Positions 21,073 to 35,000 of a DNA stretch of 64,000 nucleotides are shown here, piece by piece. The notes beneath the pieces were generated by a model. The model was not told the DNA's origin, ran no database searches, and worked only from the letters and a program-made list of their open reading frames with translations. The DNA lies in contig CATNEN010000001.1 in assembly GCA_950097015.1 (NCBI GenBank), forward strand, positions 19,406,001 through 19,470,000. The letters run 5' to 3'. The translations under genes and the position numbers were made by a program. The stretch is from Macrostomum hystrix (Eukaryota; Animalia; Platyhelminthes). The first letter of the stretch is position 1, and every line of letters starts with the position of its first letter.

Positions 21073-23520
21073 TTAATCGGAGTCGCTATCAGAAGACCCC
21101 GAATCTTCTGAAGCAACCGGTTCATTACCGCTCTGACTCAGTGTGCTTAGGGAGAACTTATTCGCAAGAAGATATTTTACAGAATCAGTCACGCTTTTAC
21201 TTGCAACATCTTCAAGCAGTCTTCTAAACAATTCCCGAAATTGAGCGGCTAAGCCCGGCTGATTCGCTAAGTCATCACAGAGGCTCTGCAAATTAACCTG
21301 AAGGTCAACCCACTCATCTGAAATAATATGTGCTTCTTCTTTTAGGCGTTTATATTTGTTACTGACGTCTATAGCCCGCTGACGAAATCGGATGGAAAGG
21401 TCGGTTGCAGACAAATGTTCATATTTTGCACTACGCGGTTTTTTATATTCATCGAAAGAAGCTCTGTCTTCAATTGGAAGACGAGCGTAGAGTTTTTTCA
21501 TGTCGGATGCATAACTTTTAACCTTTCGCAAGCACATTCTAGTTTGACTTTGGCCAACTGACTTACCAACCTGTTTACTCCAATGATCTCTGTGCACTGC
21601 AAGAGCGCGTAGCTCACATAGGATATCATCTTCCGAGTTGTGTACAGCTACTCGGAGGGAATCTTCATACCATTGGGAGCCTAAATCCAAAATTTCATCC
21701 TCAGAGATGACCAGACTGTCATTTAGGACCCCCGAGTGCTGCAAAATCGCAGACTGGCTTTGTAGCTCTTTTAGTTCACTTAGAATGCTTTTTCCCGCAC
21801 CTACCATAAGCTTAATACGTTGTGTAAACCACCCAGAAGCGCTAAGAAGCTGTTGTGCATTAAAGAAGTATAGAATATGCGCCATGAATTGTGCTCGTCG
21901 GTCTTTTCGCATGTACTTTAAAAAGTTACTGAACGGCCTGAGTTGAGACCAGGCTCGCTCAGTATTCTCTCCATCGCATAGACCTGCGCCTGGAGTAACG
22001 CGAACAGAAAACTTTTTTTGACAACTGGGCAGGTGACCAAGAGCATGAAAAGCGTTTATTGCACAGCTACTCGCTTGAATGTTGGCACCAGACTTCGCAA
22101 TAGCGGACGTAACCCGGCTAGATACGCGACAGCCTGTGAATTGGGATAAAGAGTAAGTCATGTTGTCATATAACTGTACACAAGCAACAGTATTTCATAG
22201 ATTGTATGCATTTTATAAAATAATAATAAACTTACCCACGTCATATACGACAAGTAATTCCTTAGACACTTTGACGTTTCGCAGAAAGTGTTCAAGGCAC
22301 TGTTCCAGGTAGCAAAACTTTTCTCCACCAGTTGTGATATTTGAGCCACACAAAAGGCGATTGTGACGACAGAATAATCCAAAGAAACCCGTGACATCAT
22401 GTCTCTGCTCACGGCTTAATGGTTCATGAGCACCGGCCTTCCAATTAGGACAATTCTGTTCCTCTGCTCGATTTTTTGGCACATCCGCTTTAATATCTAC
22501 ATAGACAAGCGGCGTAGGTAATGGACGACCATCTGATGGTATTTCCAGTTGTGTACGCCCCCTGGCTTTAAAGCGCTGCCAACCAAATAGAGCATCTGCA
22601 CAGACAACAGTTTTGCGCACAGCGTGATTATCTGGACAGAGAAGACAATTATTTGGCCATTTTGCTGAGGCCATTTTCAGGTGGCGAAACCGCAGCAAAA
22701 CATCATGTAGTTGAATGCGTTGATAAGTGCTTTTTACAAGAGCCAAATTATATGTACCTTGTCCCAGAGTTGGCCCAATGAGCAGTGTACTGACCGCTCT
22801 GTGAACAGGCAACTGCCCAGTCATACACAAACTGTCTAGCAGGGACAAAAAGGTAAAAGAAAAGAATGCATACCCATCTGAATCAGGCTTTGACCCTTCG
22901 CAACAAGGGAAGAACCCTTGGGAAAGGAGTGCACCAATAAGATCACAGGAGTCGCAGGTAATAAAAATGACCTTTACGCTTCCAGCCAGATCTATAAGGT
23001 CAACTTTTGTAGCCGCACAGACATTCAGATTCAATTTACTAGAAGCGCAGCAAAACATTTCAAAAGCATCGTGAGTAGCATCCAGTTCCTGAAACATTAC
23101 ACACTCCTTATTCCATATGAGAAACTTGTGGGCTGAAAACTTTTTATGCGTCTCATTCTTACAGCTGGCACATAAGCTAAGTCGACAAGTAACACATCGA
23201 TATACACCTTCGTGCTCATAGCAAGAGGAACACAGATTTAAGAGAAAATGCTTCTCGTAACTACCTCTGTATTTCTCAGCAAAGCTGTCAAAATCTACCC
23301 ATTCAACATCTTCTACTGTAGGAGCAAAAGACTCAGGCATACCGACATCATTCTCGGTGCTAGCTTCCACTGGAACAGGAGTAGTTTCAGACACAGGACG
23401 CCGAGATGTTGAGCCTCGATTTCGGCCGCTAATGATTGTCTTAATCTTTCTGGGTCGCCCACGACAGCCAGTTTGCAGTGTAGCTTTGACAACACGCTTC
23501 AGTTCGATGCCGCGATACAT
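21073..23520 (-). CDS. KDZ (Kyakuja-Dileera-Zisupton) transposase with CxC domain; exons 23520-22236 and 22133-21073, ~781 aa, open
   Basis: CSSC..YRCVTC..CASC..H..H cysteine cluster, GFFP, CLLCP..VCADALF, TGFFGLFCRH, GEKFCY, YDVG|C across a phase-1 intron, FHALGH..CQ, GAGLCDGENTERAWS. Confidence 0.88.
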
Positions 23521-26184
23521 TGTCTGGAAATGAGAAAGTAATTTATAAGCATTGCTCCAGTATTTAATATTGTAGACAGACAACTGTTTTCTATTTAATA
23601 CTATAAAGTTTTATATATTCTACAATGAAATCATAGCACTTATATTCAACATATATTCCCACAAGTATTGTGGCCATGTAACTACAGTCTGTGGAGATTG
23701 CTGACCTGCACTTAGGCATCATTTCTATACACTTGCTTGAATATAAAGAATTGAACATATACTTAAAAATTTGCACACAAATCCCTTTTTCTCACTCTCA
23801 CAAATTAACACATTACTGCCACCCATGGACTCCATGGAATGTGACAAAGATTGGCAGACTTGGGGTGGCAGTTTGCTCAGCTTTGCCAGGGCCAGACTGT
23901 CATGCTGCAGTGTCCAGCTGCAGCTATTCTGCCAGACACACTGCAGTGTCCAGCTGCAGTTGTTCTGCCTAGATGATCAGCCTGTCTGATACTGATACCA
24001 GCATGGACTTCTCTAATCCTCCAATGGATTGCCACTAATCTCAGTCTAATACCCTCTCAAGTGATTGATTTCAAGATTTCAAGATTTCAATTTCACGATT
24101 TACGATTGATAGATATAAATATTGATCTCAAGTTCAAGGTCCACTGGAAAGAAGCCTTTATGTGCAAAGAGTATGCATTAGTTTTTTTTGAGATCTTGCC
24201 CTATTAACTATTTACTTTATTTACTATTTACCAAAGCCTACTTGACTCAATGTTAAAGTTACTTATATTGGTGGTGCATGTCACATATTACATTGTTTAT
24301 AATTTCTTTCTGGCACACAGAGCCACCTTTCTGACTCTGGAAGTAGGCTAGGAGGCTAGGTCTAAAGACCAAATGAAATTAGTGACTGTGTTGCTTCATA
24401 AAAAGTTGCAGAGCTTGGTACACTGTTAAGCAAGAAATGCAAAGAAACTAGCAGCAGAACTTAATAAATAAAAGTGAATATTATAGTCGGACAACTGTTT
24501 CTAATTTAATACACACTGGCACAACCTCTAACAAAATTTTGGATTAACCTATCTTCAATGTAAACTAAATATGAGTAAATGCTTATAGGCACTAACTATA
24601 GTACTGGTTTACTGCCGAGTTAACTAGTTTCTAACCTGCCAAAGATAGTCAGATAATATTTCCTATTCAATACTAGGCCTAGCTATCTAGAGTGTTATAT
24701 TACATCATATTAACCATGTAATTTTGCCATATAGCGACATATGTTATTTTCCAACTGACATTGTTTAGACATTTATCGAGTTTTTAATTACCTGCAGGCG
24801 CAGCTAAAACTTGTGCAAATGACTCTGATTTGTCCAAAACTAAGTGAAGAGTGAAGTAAACAATACAAATATTTTCTTTTTAACCTTAATTACGATTTAC
24901 GAAGAACGAAATTAGCTACCAAAGTGGCAATAATCTAGAAAAAGTAACAGTAATGTTGAATGATTGCAATTGGTAAAATCTTGTACTTTTTTGTCCCGAT
25001 TTACCTGTCTTTCACTTTCAGTTGAGCTGAAAGAGAAAATTAAATTACTTAATTAATTAAAATTCAGTTCAAAATTAAAATTTTAAAAAGCTAAAAACAA
25101 CATGGCGGACAACTCCGACGAACATGCATCTGAAATTATTAAAACCGCGCCAAAAAAATCTGCAGAGCCTTCTTTATGTATATGTTTAAGAACTTTATTA
25201 TTTGTTTTTTTCAAAGCAGTATTAAGTAGCCTATACCTTTATTACGATTTTGTTTTTTTTTAACTCGAATGTTACGAGTACGTTACGGTTTACATACGTA
25301 AGTTGCGGGTAATATCGAGACGATCTTCAAGAAAGGAAAATAATGTGTTTCGTAGCTAATTATTTGGAATACCTTGGTTTTTCGAGAATTATTAAATTAA
25401 GACCTAATATACCAGAAAGTCTCACGGTTTCCCTACTTTGTAGCAGAACACGAAAGCTCAGACACTTTTATTAAAAATATATATAATATTTGTAGATGAA
25501 TTAACTAAATCGATGTTTCAGTAGGTTGAACTCGTGCGATTATACTGCTTTTGCGACAGAATGCAATGACTTTGCATTAATTAGATTTATAAATTGGTCG
25601 ATTATTTATCATGTTGATTTCTGTTTAAAAGGTTAAATGTTCCGGAAACTTTATGTAACTCTAAACAAAGTAAAACATTTAGATACTAGTGTGAGGAATA
25701 GTAAGGCATTGCACTTCGTACCCTACAAAATTTAAACGCTGTTTTGCTGTTTTTATGCAGTATGTGTTAAAAAAATTCTTTTAGCGAACTATTTTCGCTT
25801 CAACCTTTCTTTTAAGTTACTTTTATGCTTTAAAAATAATTAATGATTTAATGATTTTTGCCTTGCTGGTCTTTATTTACAACTTTATGGATTACATGTA
25901 ATGACAAAAATAAGTAGAATGTTTGGTGCAACGATAAATCGATGACTTTCGTTACGGGTGCTAATAATTTAGACTTTTGCTGATTTGTAATATTGACGTT
26001 CACCCTTTTGGTTTTTGAAGCTTTGCAGATAAAATTTGGGGACCTGCTGGACCCGATCGTTAGAAAATGGAGCGATTCGCTAGCTTGCGATATATTTGCT
26101 TGCGTTGCTAATATTGCGTTGCGAATTTGATCGCTACGATGACCATTGCTTAAAATAAGTAAGCACAAGCTGCAGCCTGCAGCC

Positions 26185-26808
26185 AAAAAAGTATTCGAAC
26201 GAAAGAATATACTAATAAATAGTAATTCTTCGTTGGATATGGGCAATGTTATGTGGTGAAACTGGTAGCACGTCTGCCTGACAAATGCGGGTCGTTGGTT
26301 CGACTCATTTTTTATTTAAATTAATGATTATATGTTTTGCAGAACAACAAGAACATCATATAAGCCTATTCATTTCTTAATCTGGCTGAGTAAGAAAAAA
26401 AGCGGTTTTACGCTGATTTACATAAATATCAGCACTATACAGTACACTCGAAGCACCAAAGGATAGCCTATATGTTTTGGAAAACTCTGAAAAAGTATTC
26501 GAACGAAAGAATATACTATTAAATAGTAATTCTTCGTTGTATATGGGCAATGTCATGTGGTGAAACTGGTAGCACGTCTGCCTGACAAATGCGGGTCGTT
26601 GGTTCGACTCATTTTTTATTTAAATTAATGATTATATGTTTTGCAGAACAACAAGAACATCATATAAGCCTACTCATTTCTTAATCCGGCTGAGTAAGAA
26701 AAAAAGCGGTTTTACGCTGATTTACATAAATATCAGCACTATACAGTACACTCGAAGCACCAAAGGAATCACATACAGTAGGATAGCCTATATGTTTTGG
26801 AAAACTCC
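26185..26808 (+). repeat. ~305-bp tandem duplication, each copy containing a degenerate tRNA-like Pol III cassette
   Basis: TGGTGAAACTGG (box A-like)...GGTTCGACTC (box B) followed by a T run at about 26254-26314 and 26558-26617. Confidence 0.6.
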
Positions 26809-26929
26809 TAAATTAAGAAAACTCTTAAAGAATTCATTTTCCAAACATATCGGCAGCATCCGAACCCCACAGAATTGCCGCACAGAACTGCTTTATTCCA
26901 CGCCAGCCGGAATTATTATTACCCGACGA

Positions 26930-27082
26930 AATGTCGGTACTCATCTGCAGCTGAGTAGACTGTGTGCACATCAGGGCAAAGCAGCTTGCCAAGGGCTGCA
27001 CGAATAGTTCTAGACTAGGTCGGGAGTCGAACCCAGGACCATCTGATCCAGAGTCCGACACCTTACTGACTGAGCTATCCGC
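26930..27082 (-). mobile_element. tRNA-derived SINE
   Basis: Minus strand GGCGGATAGCTCAGTCAGTAAGG (box A)...GGTTCGACTCCCG (box B), followed by GCCCTTGGCAAGCTGCTTT...CTACTCAGCTGCAGATGAGTACC, resembling a conserved SINE central domain; no acceptor stem. Confidence 0.75.
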
Positions 27083-29670
27083 CCTCATGGGCAACCTCTC
27101 CCCCTCCTCCTTTCCCCCATGAGCTGGGATTCCCCCCATTCCCCCCATGGCCCATGAGCTGCGATCGGCTAGCCCAGCTCACCTCACCATGAGGGCACCC
27201 TGGCTAGGCGCACGATAAACGCATGAGCTGAGGCCGGCTAGCCCGCGGCCATAGACTGCACACAATGCAGAACAGGCACACAGAAGGTAGGAGCGAAGCT
27301 ATCCCACTCCACCTCTCACTCTTTCTCCCACTCCACCTCTCACTCTTTCTCTCACTCCACCTCTCACTCCACCCTTCACTCCACCTCTCACTCTTTCTCC
27401 CACTCCACCTCTCACTCCACCTGCGCTGACAATGAATGTAATAGATTCTAGCCTAGATTTTCCCAAAAGTGTTTTTAAATGTTTTTATAAAAACAAAACT
27501 CATCAAGCAGCTCAATCATAAATTATCTTTTATATTTAAAAAATATAGGCAATAACTCATTTTTCGTTTAAAAATGTACTTTTTTTCGGAAGCTAGGCCT
27601 TTTGACATTGATAGCTTCCAGACTTTTTTCAATTCCTTCTCGTCGTGGCTCGGAGGCATGACTGCAATTTAGGGAATTAAATATTAGTCAGCTTCCTTTC
27701 TTGGTTTGATCGTCAGGGTCTTTTGTTAACCGAGAAGGAGGCCCTTCCCTGCCGCAGCAGCAAGCATATAGCCTATGCTCTTGAGAACATTTCGGAATTA
27801 TGAAGTGGTGTTGATTACCCGAGACTAGTTTTTTATAATTTCCTTTGCTTATTATGGCCAAGTGATATCACTTGTTTATTTAATTATGCTTGCTGCTGAA
27901 GAACCAAGTCGAAGCCACTATCGCATGTAAAATATTGGTTTAAAAAGAATGTCGAAAAGAACAGTGCAGGTACTTGCTACGGTGCTAGGTGCTAGGTGTG
28001 CGGGCATGTGGAAAGTAATTTATTGTTTTTTGTCTATTTTTCAGATGTAATGATGCGGGAGTTTATCATGACACAATTGTATGAACAGGATAAATTGTAT
28101 GTCTCATATATACAGCTTAGCCAAGACAAACGATTTGTAATTTTTTTGTGCTTTTTGTACAATTTTAAGATGCGATGATGCCAAAAGAAATGGAGTATAC
28201 ATACACCCAGTTCTGTGAACGGGATAATTTTTTATGTCCAGTAAAATGTATGTCTGTAACAAATAGCAAAAATCCTGACTAGTTGAGTTGGCAAATAACA
28301 GTTACAGGCCTGTAAATTTAAATTCACCGCGCATAAAATTTAAGAAGTTATAATGAAGTGAGGAGAAGAAATTTACTATAAATACACGAGCAGAATCAGG
28401 GAGAAAAAGAACGTTTTGTCTGCACATACGTTCTGATAAAGAAAGCTTGAATCTTTAAGTGTTTGTGTTAAAGAGTTATTTGAAAGAGACATTGCGAAAG
28501 AAAAGTAACCAGAGTGGAGAATAGCTGTAACTCTAGATCCACTGGAAAGCCCTATGAAGCAAACTGAAGATTGAATTGAAGACTGAATGAAAGACTGAAT
28601 TAAAGACTGAATTAAAGACTGAATTAAAGATTGAATTTAAGACTGAAATTGAAGAGAAATTGAAGAGTGATAAAAACAGATAAAGACGAATAAAGACTGA
28701 TATAGAAAAAGTTATAAGTAGGGTAAAGCATCATCAACCGAACAAGAATGTAGTGCTTTTGAAAACTTAACTAGCAATAACTTTTTTATCTTACTAGCTG
28801 TAAAATTCAAACTTTTTTAAAGTTGTGTAAAACAATTTTTTCTTTCAGAAAAACATAAAACCCATATTTTCAAGCAAATACAACTCGAAAAAAATAAATT
28901 TTAGTGCTCGATCCGAACGAAGATTCTGTGGGATCTTTAAACCGAACGAGGGATTTGACTTCCGAACGGCACGTTTCTACTGGTATTACAAGCAGCAGGG
29001 TGAACATTTGCGCAAATCTTTATTACATCATGTTCAGGTACTCTAAATGCATCAGTTAAGTGTAGATTTATTTACTTTTGGCGTCTGAGTTTTGCAATTC
29101 TCAACTTCTTTTTCAGGCGTCCATTTTGCTTATCAAATTTAATAAATGAAGCATTTATGCGTTCGACAGCATTTCTTTGTGCTACAGTTCCAAACTTCTT
29201 TGCCAAATAGTTTGTGCTGCATGTGAATACTTCAATGCAAGGCTAAAATATCATTTATGCGTTGATTGATGCGCCTACTAAACAATAAAGCGCCATAAAC
29301 TTTATTTACCAAAAATTCCGAACGCCAGAATTTGACATCCGAACAGAAGATTTTCAGTTCAAATACATTTTTTTCCTTCGATAAACTATACAGGTCATCG
29401 TGTAATTGTGTTATCTTGGTACTTGTAATCTCTTGGCGCAAGATTCAGCTTTAAAATCACTAATCACTGCGCATTTCCGTTTGCAACTTAATAAGATTCA
29501 CTCAAAATATAAAAACAATTCTGTAAAAATATTTCTTAAAAAAGAAACAGATGATCGTTCAAGCTTACTTAAAGTAGGGCATCCAGCATCGTTCCAAACT
29601 CAAATTTGATTAAAATAAACAAAACGAAAGGAGTCGAAACTAGAGGGATGAGAGATCACGGTAAGTTTGC

Positions 29671-30202
29671 GAGCTGGCCGGCCATTCCCCAGCAGCCAAC
29701 GAGAGAGCAACACTGGCACTTGGGACTGGGGCGAGAGGAGACGAGAAAAACTGTCGCAAATTAAGACTGGCTTCTGGAGGCAGTGAATTGCGCAATCATG
29801 CGGCTTTCGCTAGCCCTAACGATTTTATGCATGTCAAACTGAGCACACTTGAGAAACAATGGATGTGTGAAATAACTGAGGGGTGGGTGGCTCTGGGGGC
29901 TCCGCCCTATAAGCTTCATATACACATAAGCTTAATATGCCTTAGCAACTGCATGCAAAGCCCTGATCCATGACATATAAGTCACCCTTCCGCTGGCCTA
30001 TATTAAGAAGAAAACAAATAAACAATTGAATTCTTGGTTAGGCTCATGAATGCTCATTTTCGCACATTTTCCAAAACCAGAGCACATTTTTTAAAACTGT
30101 TCCCCTTGGCTTTGCTCAAGCATCCCCCATTCTCATTCCCCCACCGCTCATTACAATCACAATCTCGTTGGTGTTATTATTTATGACGCCATGATTGCGC
30201 AA
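29671..30202. repeat. ~530-bp internal inverted repeat, left arm (pairs with 42121-42648)
   Basis: Near-identical reverse complement; the same peptide appears in ORFs 29788+ and 42350-. Confidence 0.95.
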
Positions 30203-32088
30203 ACTGAAAATGCAAACAAAAAACTACTGAAATCATACTGGCTAAATTGCACAGTGGACACGAGTTCAGCATCAACGGGGGGTCGGATGTCCCTGCGCGG
30301 TATAGGCTTATAGGCTGTCTAAAATATCTAAAAACACGTGTCTACGTGTCTAAAAACACGTAATCGCGGCGTGAATGTTGGGAGGTGTCATCAACTTTCA
30401 ATGGAAGTGATGCTGGCCTGAAATTTATTCGAGATTGAAGTTTGAAAGGTTGACAATTAAAGCTAGACCCTAAATGAAGGCGTGAACGCTAATATATAAA
30501 CGCTAATAAGGACATTGATAAGGCAGATCAATGTCCTTATTATAATCAGTGTGCGAAATCGGCACATTTTAGAGAGTTGAAAATTGGAACATTGCAAAGC
30601 TACTGGTGTAATTTTCATTTTCTCACCTGTAGCTAATATTGATTTTCAATGAGATAAAGTGAATGAATCTTAGGAAAAATGTTGAATATTAGGGTTTGTT
30701 AGCTTAAATATTGTCACACATAAGTGATGCAGATAGGGCCAAATTCAAGAAACCAATAAGTTCTTTTGTGCTAAAGATCTTGGCTCAATAGTTTTCATGA
30801 TGAAAATCAAAGCGATCAAAGTCCAACAACACTGTTCGAAAAGAATAAACAATTAAGCAAATATGAGTCTTCGGTGCCTTTATAAGGGCTACGGATAGTA
30901 AATTAAATTATAAGCCCTCGGTCTGGTAATTGTGTTCCCTTCTGTGTCAATGCCTTTGTGTCAGGGGCCCGCAAGTATAGGCCTAAGCCTAACTCAATTT
31001 GCGTTTTTACTGCCATATTTTTTAACGACTCGACTCAGAGTCCATGCAAAGTCTTGCATATGTGTAGGATTAGGATACGTTGCTTTATACGCTTGGTATT
31101 CAACGGAAGCTGCAGAAATCTGCCTTCTGATAATAATTCGTCATTAAAAAAATGATCAATGGTCCAGCTTTAGGGGCCTAAGTGACCGCAGGATGATCGC
31201 TTCGCAGCATGCAATATGCTGCAGCAACCTGCCTTTTCAGTAGCTTCAGTAGCGCTAAAGCAAAATTTGGGTCAGTAGGTCAATATGCGGCGTAATACTG
31301 GATACACGATAAACTGGCATTGACTGTTTATTTAAATAATTATTGATGGATTTTATATTATTTTACTGATTTTATTGATGGATATTTTTACTGGTTATTT
31401 TTGGGCAGCTGCAGATTAATGATTTTCTTTCCTTCTCTGCTTACAAGCATGTCTAAGCCTACTATACCTATACTATATTTTTATTAGCGGCAATTACTTT
31501 ATTAGCGACAAAGTAATTGGAATTTCGGAATTTTGAACATCGGTTATTCAGGTCAGCATGGGTCTTGCCAATATTTTACAATGCGCATCGTTCAGTGCTT
31601 GTTAAAGGACTAGATGCGCAAAATTTAATAATTCGACTATATCTACGCACTAACTGCACTTCATATTAAACAGGCTCATTAGCAATCTTGTTGAATGAAC
31701 TAAAAAACTAAAAAATTAGTTTCTAAAGCAAATGTATAGATGAGTGCAACAAAAAACTAGGCACAGCAAAATTCTAAAATAAAAAATGGGCTAAACTAAA
31801 AAAAACAAAAAACTTTTTTGAACGGCCTGCTTGCGGCAGGAAGCAGGCAAGGCGGCAGCAAATAGGAGACGGCGGCCCATGGCGACCAATAGAAATCGTC
31901 TGCTGGGTCGAAGAAGGAACGGGGAGGAATCATGCCATTGGTCAAACGGATAGGGTACAGTAAAGTCTATGGCCGAAGTAAAAAGAGGTTCATATTTAAT
32001 CAGCTTGAAATAAAAAATAAAAATTTACCCACAAAACTCTCGAAAGCTCTCGGTAAATCTCTGCTTTGTCTGCTTACAACTATCAGCT

Positions 32089-35000
32089 GGGTATTTCCCA
32101 ACGGTGTTACACACTAGTTCGGAAAAGTGTCATATATAATTTTTTAATCAAATAACTCACAACTAAGCTTAGGAAATTGTGATATTATGTTCTGTTATGT
32201 TATTATTGTTTAATTTAGTATAATTTGTTTTACTTTAGACCTATTTATTCCAGTTTTTATTACTTTTTAAATTCGAAAAATACTGTAAACAATGTAAAAC
32301 TCCATGTCCGAAAATATGGTAGCCTAGTTCCCTGTCTATAAAAACGTGACTATATGTTCATTTCTTATTGCTTCTATGTTGTATTCAGCCACTCATATGT
32401 TATACCTGATTGCACAACCGTTATTTCTAGTTTCTAAACAGTTTTGACGGAATTTTAAAGGTTCCTAGCATGTCCTACAAAATATGTGTCATCTGAGCGA
32501 CGCTAGACATGCGTAAATTGAAGTCAGATATTTAAGCTATGGAAAGTGTATTAAACAAAGGCATTGGCTTAAATAATTGTCATGCTGTATAGTCTATTAT
32601 AATGTCTGGTCTCACCCTGTGACTCGTTGAGGAATATAGTTTTTTCACAACCTCAAACATTTTTACGTTTTTTCGTGTACAGTTTTTGTCATCTGAGCGA
32701 CGCAAGAAAAATTAAATTTTTTATTACACAGTCAAACTAAAGAAAGAAGTAGAATTTTATTCTTAATTGAGAATAAATTTTGATTATAATGACGTATGAT
32801 TTGACTATGAATATATTTGGATTCAACTAAAAAGTTGACAATACACCAGTTTGTGTCGCTCATATGACATACCAAAGTGTGCAAATTAGGTTGGATTTAT
32901 AGCCTTTATGTTAGTCATTCCAGCTACATCAGAATGCCAGAGAATCCCGAGCTCAAGAAGATGCGGCAGTTAGCCTACCGACAACGAAAAAATGAGGATG
33001 ACAATTGGAGAAAGAAGCGAAATGAGACAAGCAAAAAGAGCTATCATGAAAAGAAGATGGGGCCCATGACAGAGCGCGACTGGCGTATGAAACGTCGTGT
33101 CTGGAAGAAAAATCTGAAAAAGTGCCGACTGCAAAAGAAGTCTAAACTCGAGCAGGAGACACTGCAGCCTCTGAATTTTGCTAATGGTGAACATACGTCC
33201 GACTCTGACACCAGTGTTAATACGGTGCCACTCGTGTCTGTCGATGTCCAAGTAAGCACACCAAAAACTACAAAAAGAGGGCGTGAACGTCATTCTGGTG
33301 CTGGCCGCACCTTGGAGGGGACACCCCGAGGGACCGTGCGAAACGTCACGCCAGCTTCATTGGCAGCACAGCGTCGTGAAAAGCGCAAAACTGAGCAGCG
33401 GATTCACAGACTGCGCTCAGAGCTAGCTAAGTACAAACGGTACTACTGGCGCTTGTACACGAGAGCTAATCGGCAAAAAAGGTATGCATTGCCAGTACAC
33501 ACGTGTAGGACTGTGGCAGCTTCGACTGTCATGGCAGAGCGAGTCATGCAGACCAGGCAGCGTGGCGTTCGGTGTCCAGTGGCCATCATGCGCGAAAAGC
33601 TACAGGCACATGAGGTGTTTCTGCAGCACCTGCGAGAAGTGAAGACAAAGCGCCCAGTGATGCGCCTGACAGTGGCTCTGCTCAACCGATCGCGAAAAAT
33701 ACTACGAATGGGCGGAGCAGCTGGGGTAAAGAGGAAATTTTTATCTTACATTTATTTTGGACAGTTGCGCAACTAGGATTTTTTAATTTTTTGTCGGTCT
33801 CCAAGCAAGCAAGTGAAGTTGCATTTAAAGCATAATTTGAATCATTTTCAGGTAACATTTTATAAATCTGTTGCACTTCTCACAGGCCCGCAGCGCTCGC
33901 TACCTGGTTCGCTTGTTGGCCGTCGACCCCAGGACGGCCAAGAAGCATGAGCAACCACGACCAGTGGAAGAGCTGCCAGCCAGTGCCCAAAGACGACAGT
34001 ATGTCGAGTCATTCTTCTGTCGTGACGAGAATTCCCGCCTCGCTGCTGGGAAGCGTGAGACGGTCCCACGAAACAAGGTCAAACAGCAGAAGCGGTACTT
34101 AAACTTCAGCATTGCCATTCTGTACAGCAAGTACGTTGCCGAAGTTGGTGAAGAGGTGGCTGTCAGCGCTACGACTTTCTACCGTTGGCGGCCATTTTAT
34201 GTTGTGTGGCCTCAGCTGAATGACCGGAGCCAATGCATGTGCATGCCATGTGCCAACATGAGGGTAAATTTAAGACCAAACATCATATGATTGTAAGTGC
34301 ATGAAATGAAATTATAATAAATTTGAATGCTAATTTTCTCTGCATTTTTTACAGCTTCTGGTCGATGGCCTCTATGCACGCCAGTTACTGCGATGCCGTG
34401 GTCTTGACGATCTTGTGGAAAAGATTGTTTGCCGAAGCGACAGCACTGACTGCATGTATGGCAGATGCAACCTCTGTTGCGACCGCACTGTGCGGGCAGC
34501 TGAAGGCCCGCTCAGTGATGCCCAGTTGAATAGCTCAGTGCGCTACCATGAGTGGGGTGAATCGGGCGGGTACAATGGTGTTGTCTGCATGCAGGTAAAA
34601 ATGAAAATTATCAGTATTATTACCTTGAGGAGCCTTCTGGTCCAATGAAATCTGAAGTATTTACTAAATATTACCCTGCCTTTCAGAAGTCTGCTCTGGC
34701 TCTGGAACTCTGTGAGCAGTTCGAGCAGCAACTACGTCGCTATGCCCAACACACTTTGCGCGTGCGGCACCAGCTGCAAGCATTCCGAGTGGCACGCACC
34801 ACCTTAGCGCCGGGAGAAATCATCCTGCATGTTGATTACTCTGAAAACTTTTCTGCCAAATACGCCGAAGAAGTTCAGTCCTGCCACTTTGGCGGCAGAG
34901 CCCAAGTCGTTATTCATCATGGCATCCTGTACACGGCTGACGTAAGTGACATATACTATGTGCATTATCAATATACTTACTGCATGGGAGTGAAATCAGA

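Larger units (their letters stand above)
2454..28312. mobile_element. Giant (~25.9 kb) composite DNA transposon with ~39-bp TIRs; KDZ and EnSpm transposases plus regulator cargo
   Basis: Left TIR 2454-2492 CAGGCCTGAAACTGTTATTTGCCAACTCAGCTAGTCAGG is the reverse complement (2 mismatches) of 28274-28312 CCTGACTAGTTGAGTTGGCAAATAACAGTTACAGGCCTG. Confidence 0.75.

Noticed and set aside
27005-27082. tRNA-Gln(CTG)-like gene
   Set aside because: No acceptor stem and it continues into a SINE body; called as a SINE.
29788-29973. Paired ORFs 29788+ and 42350-
   Set aside because: By-product of the inverted repeat; no recognisable domain.
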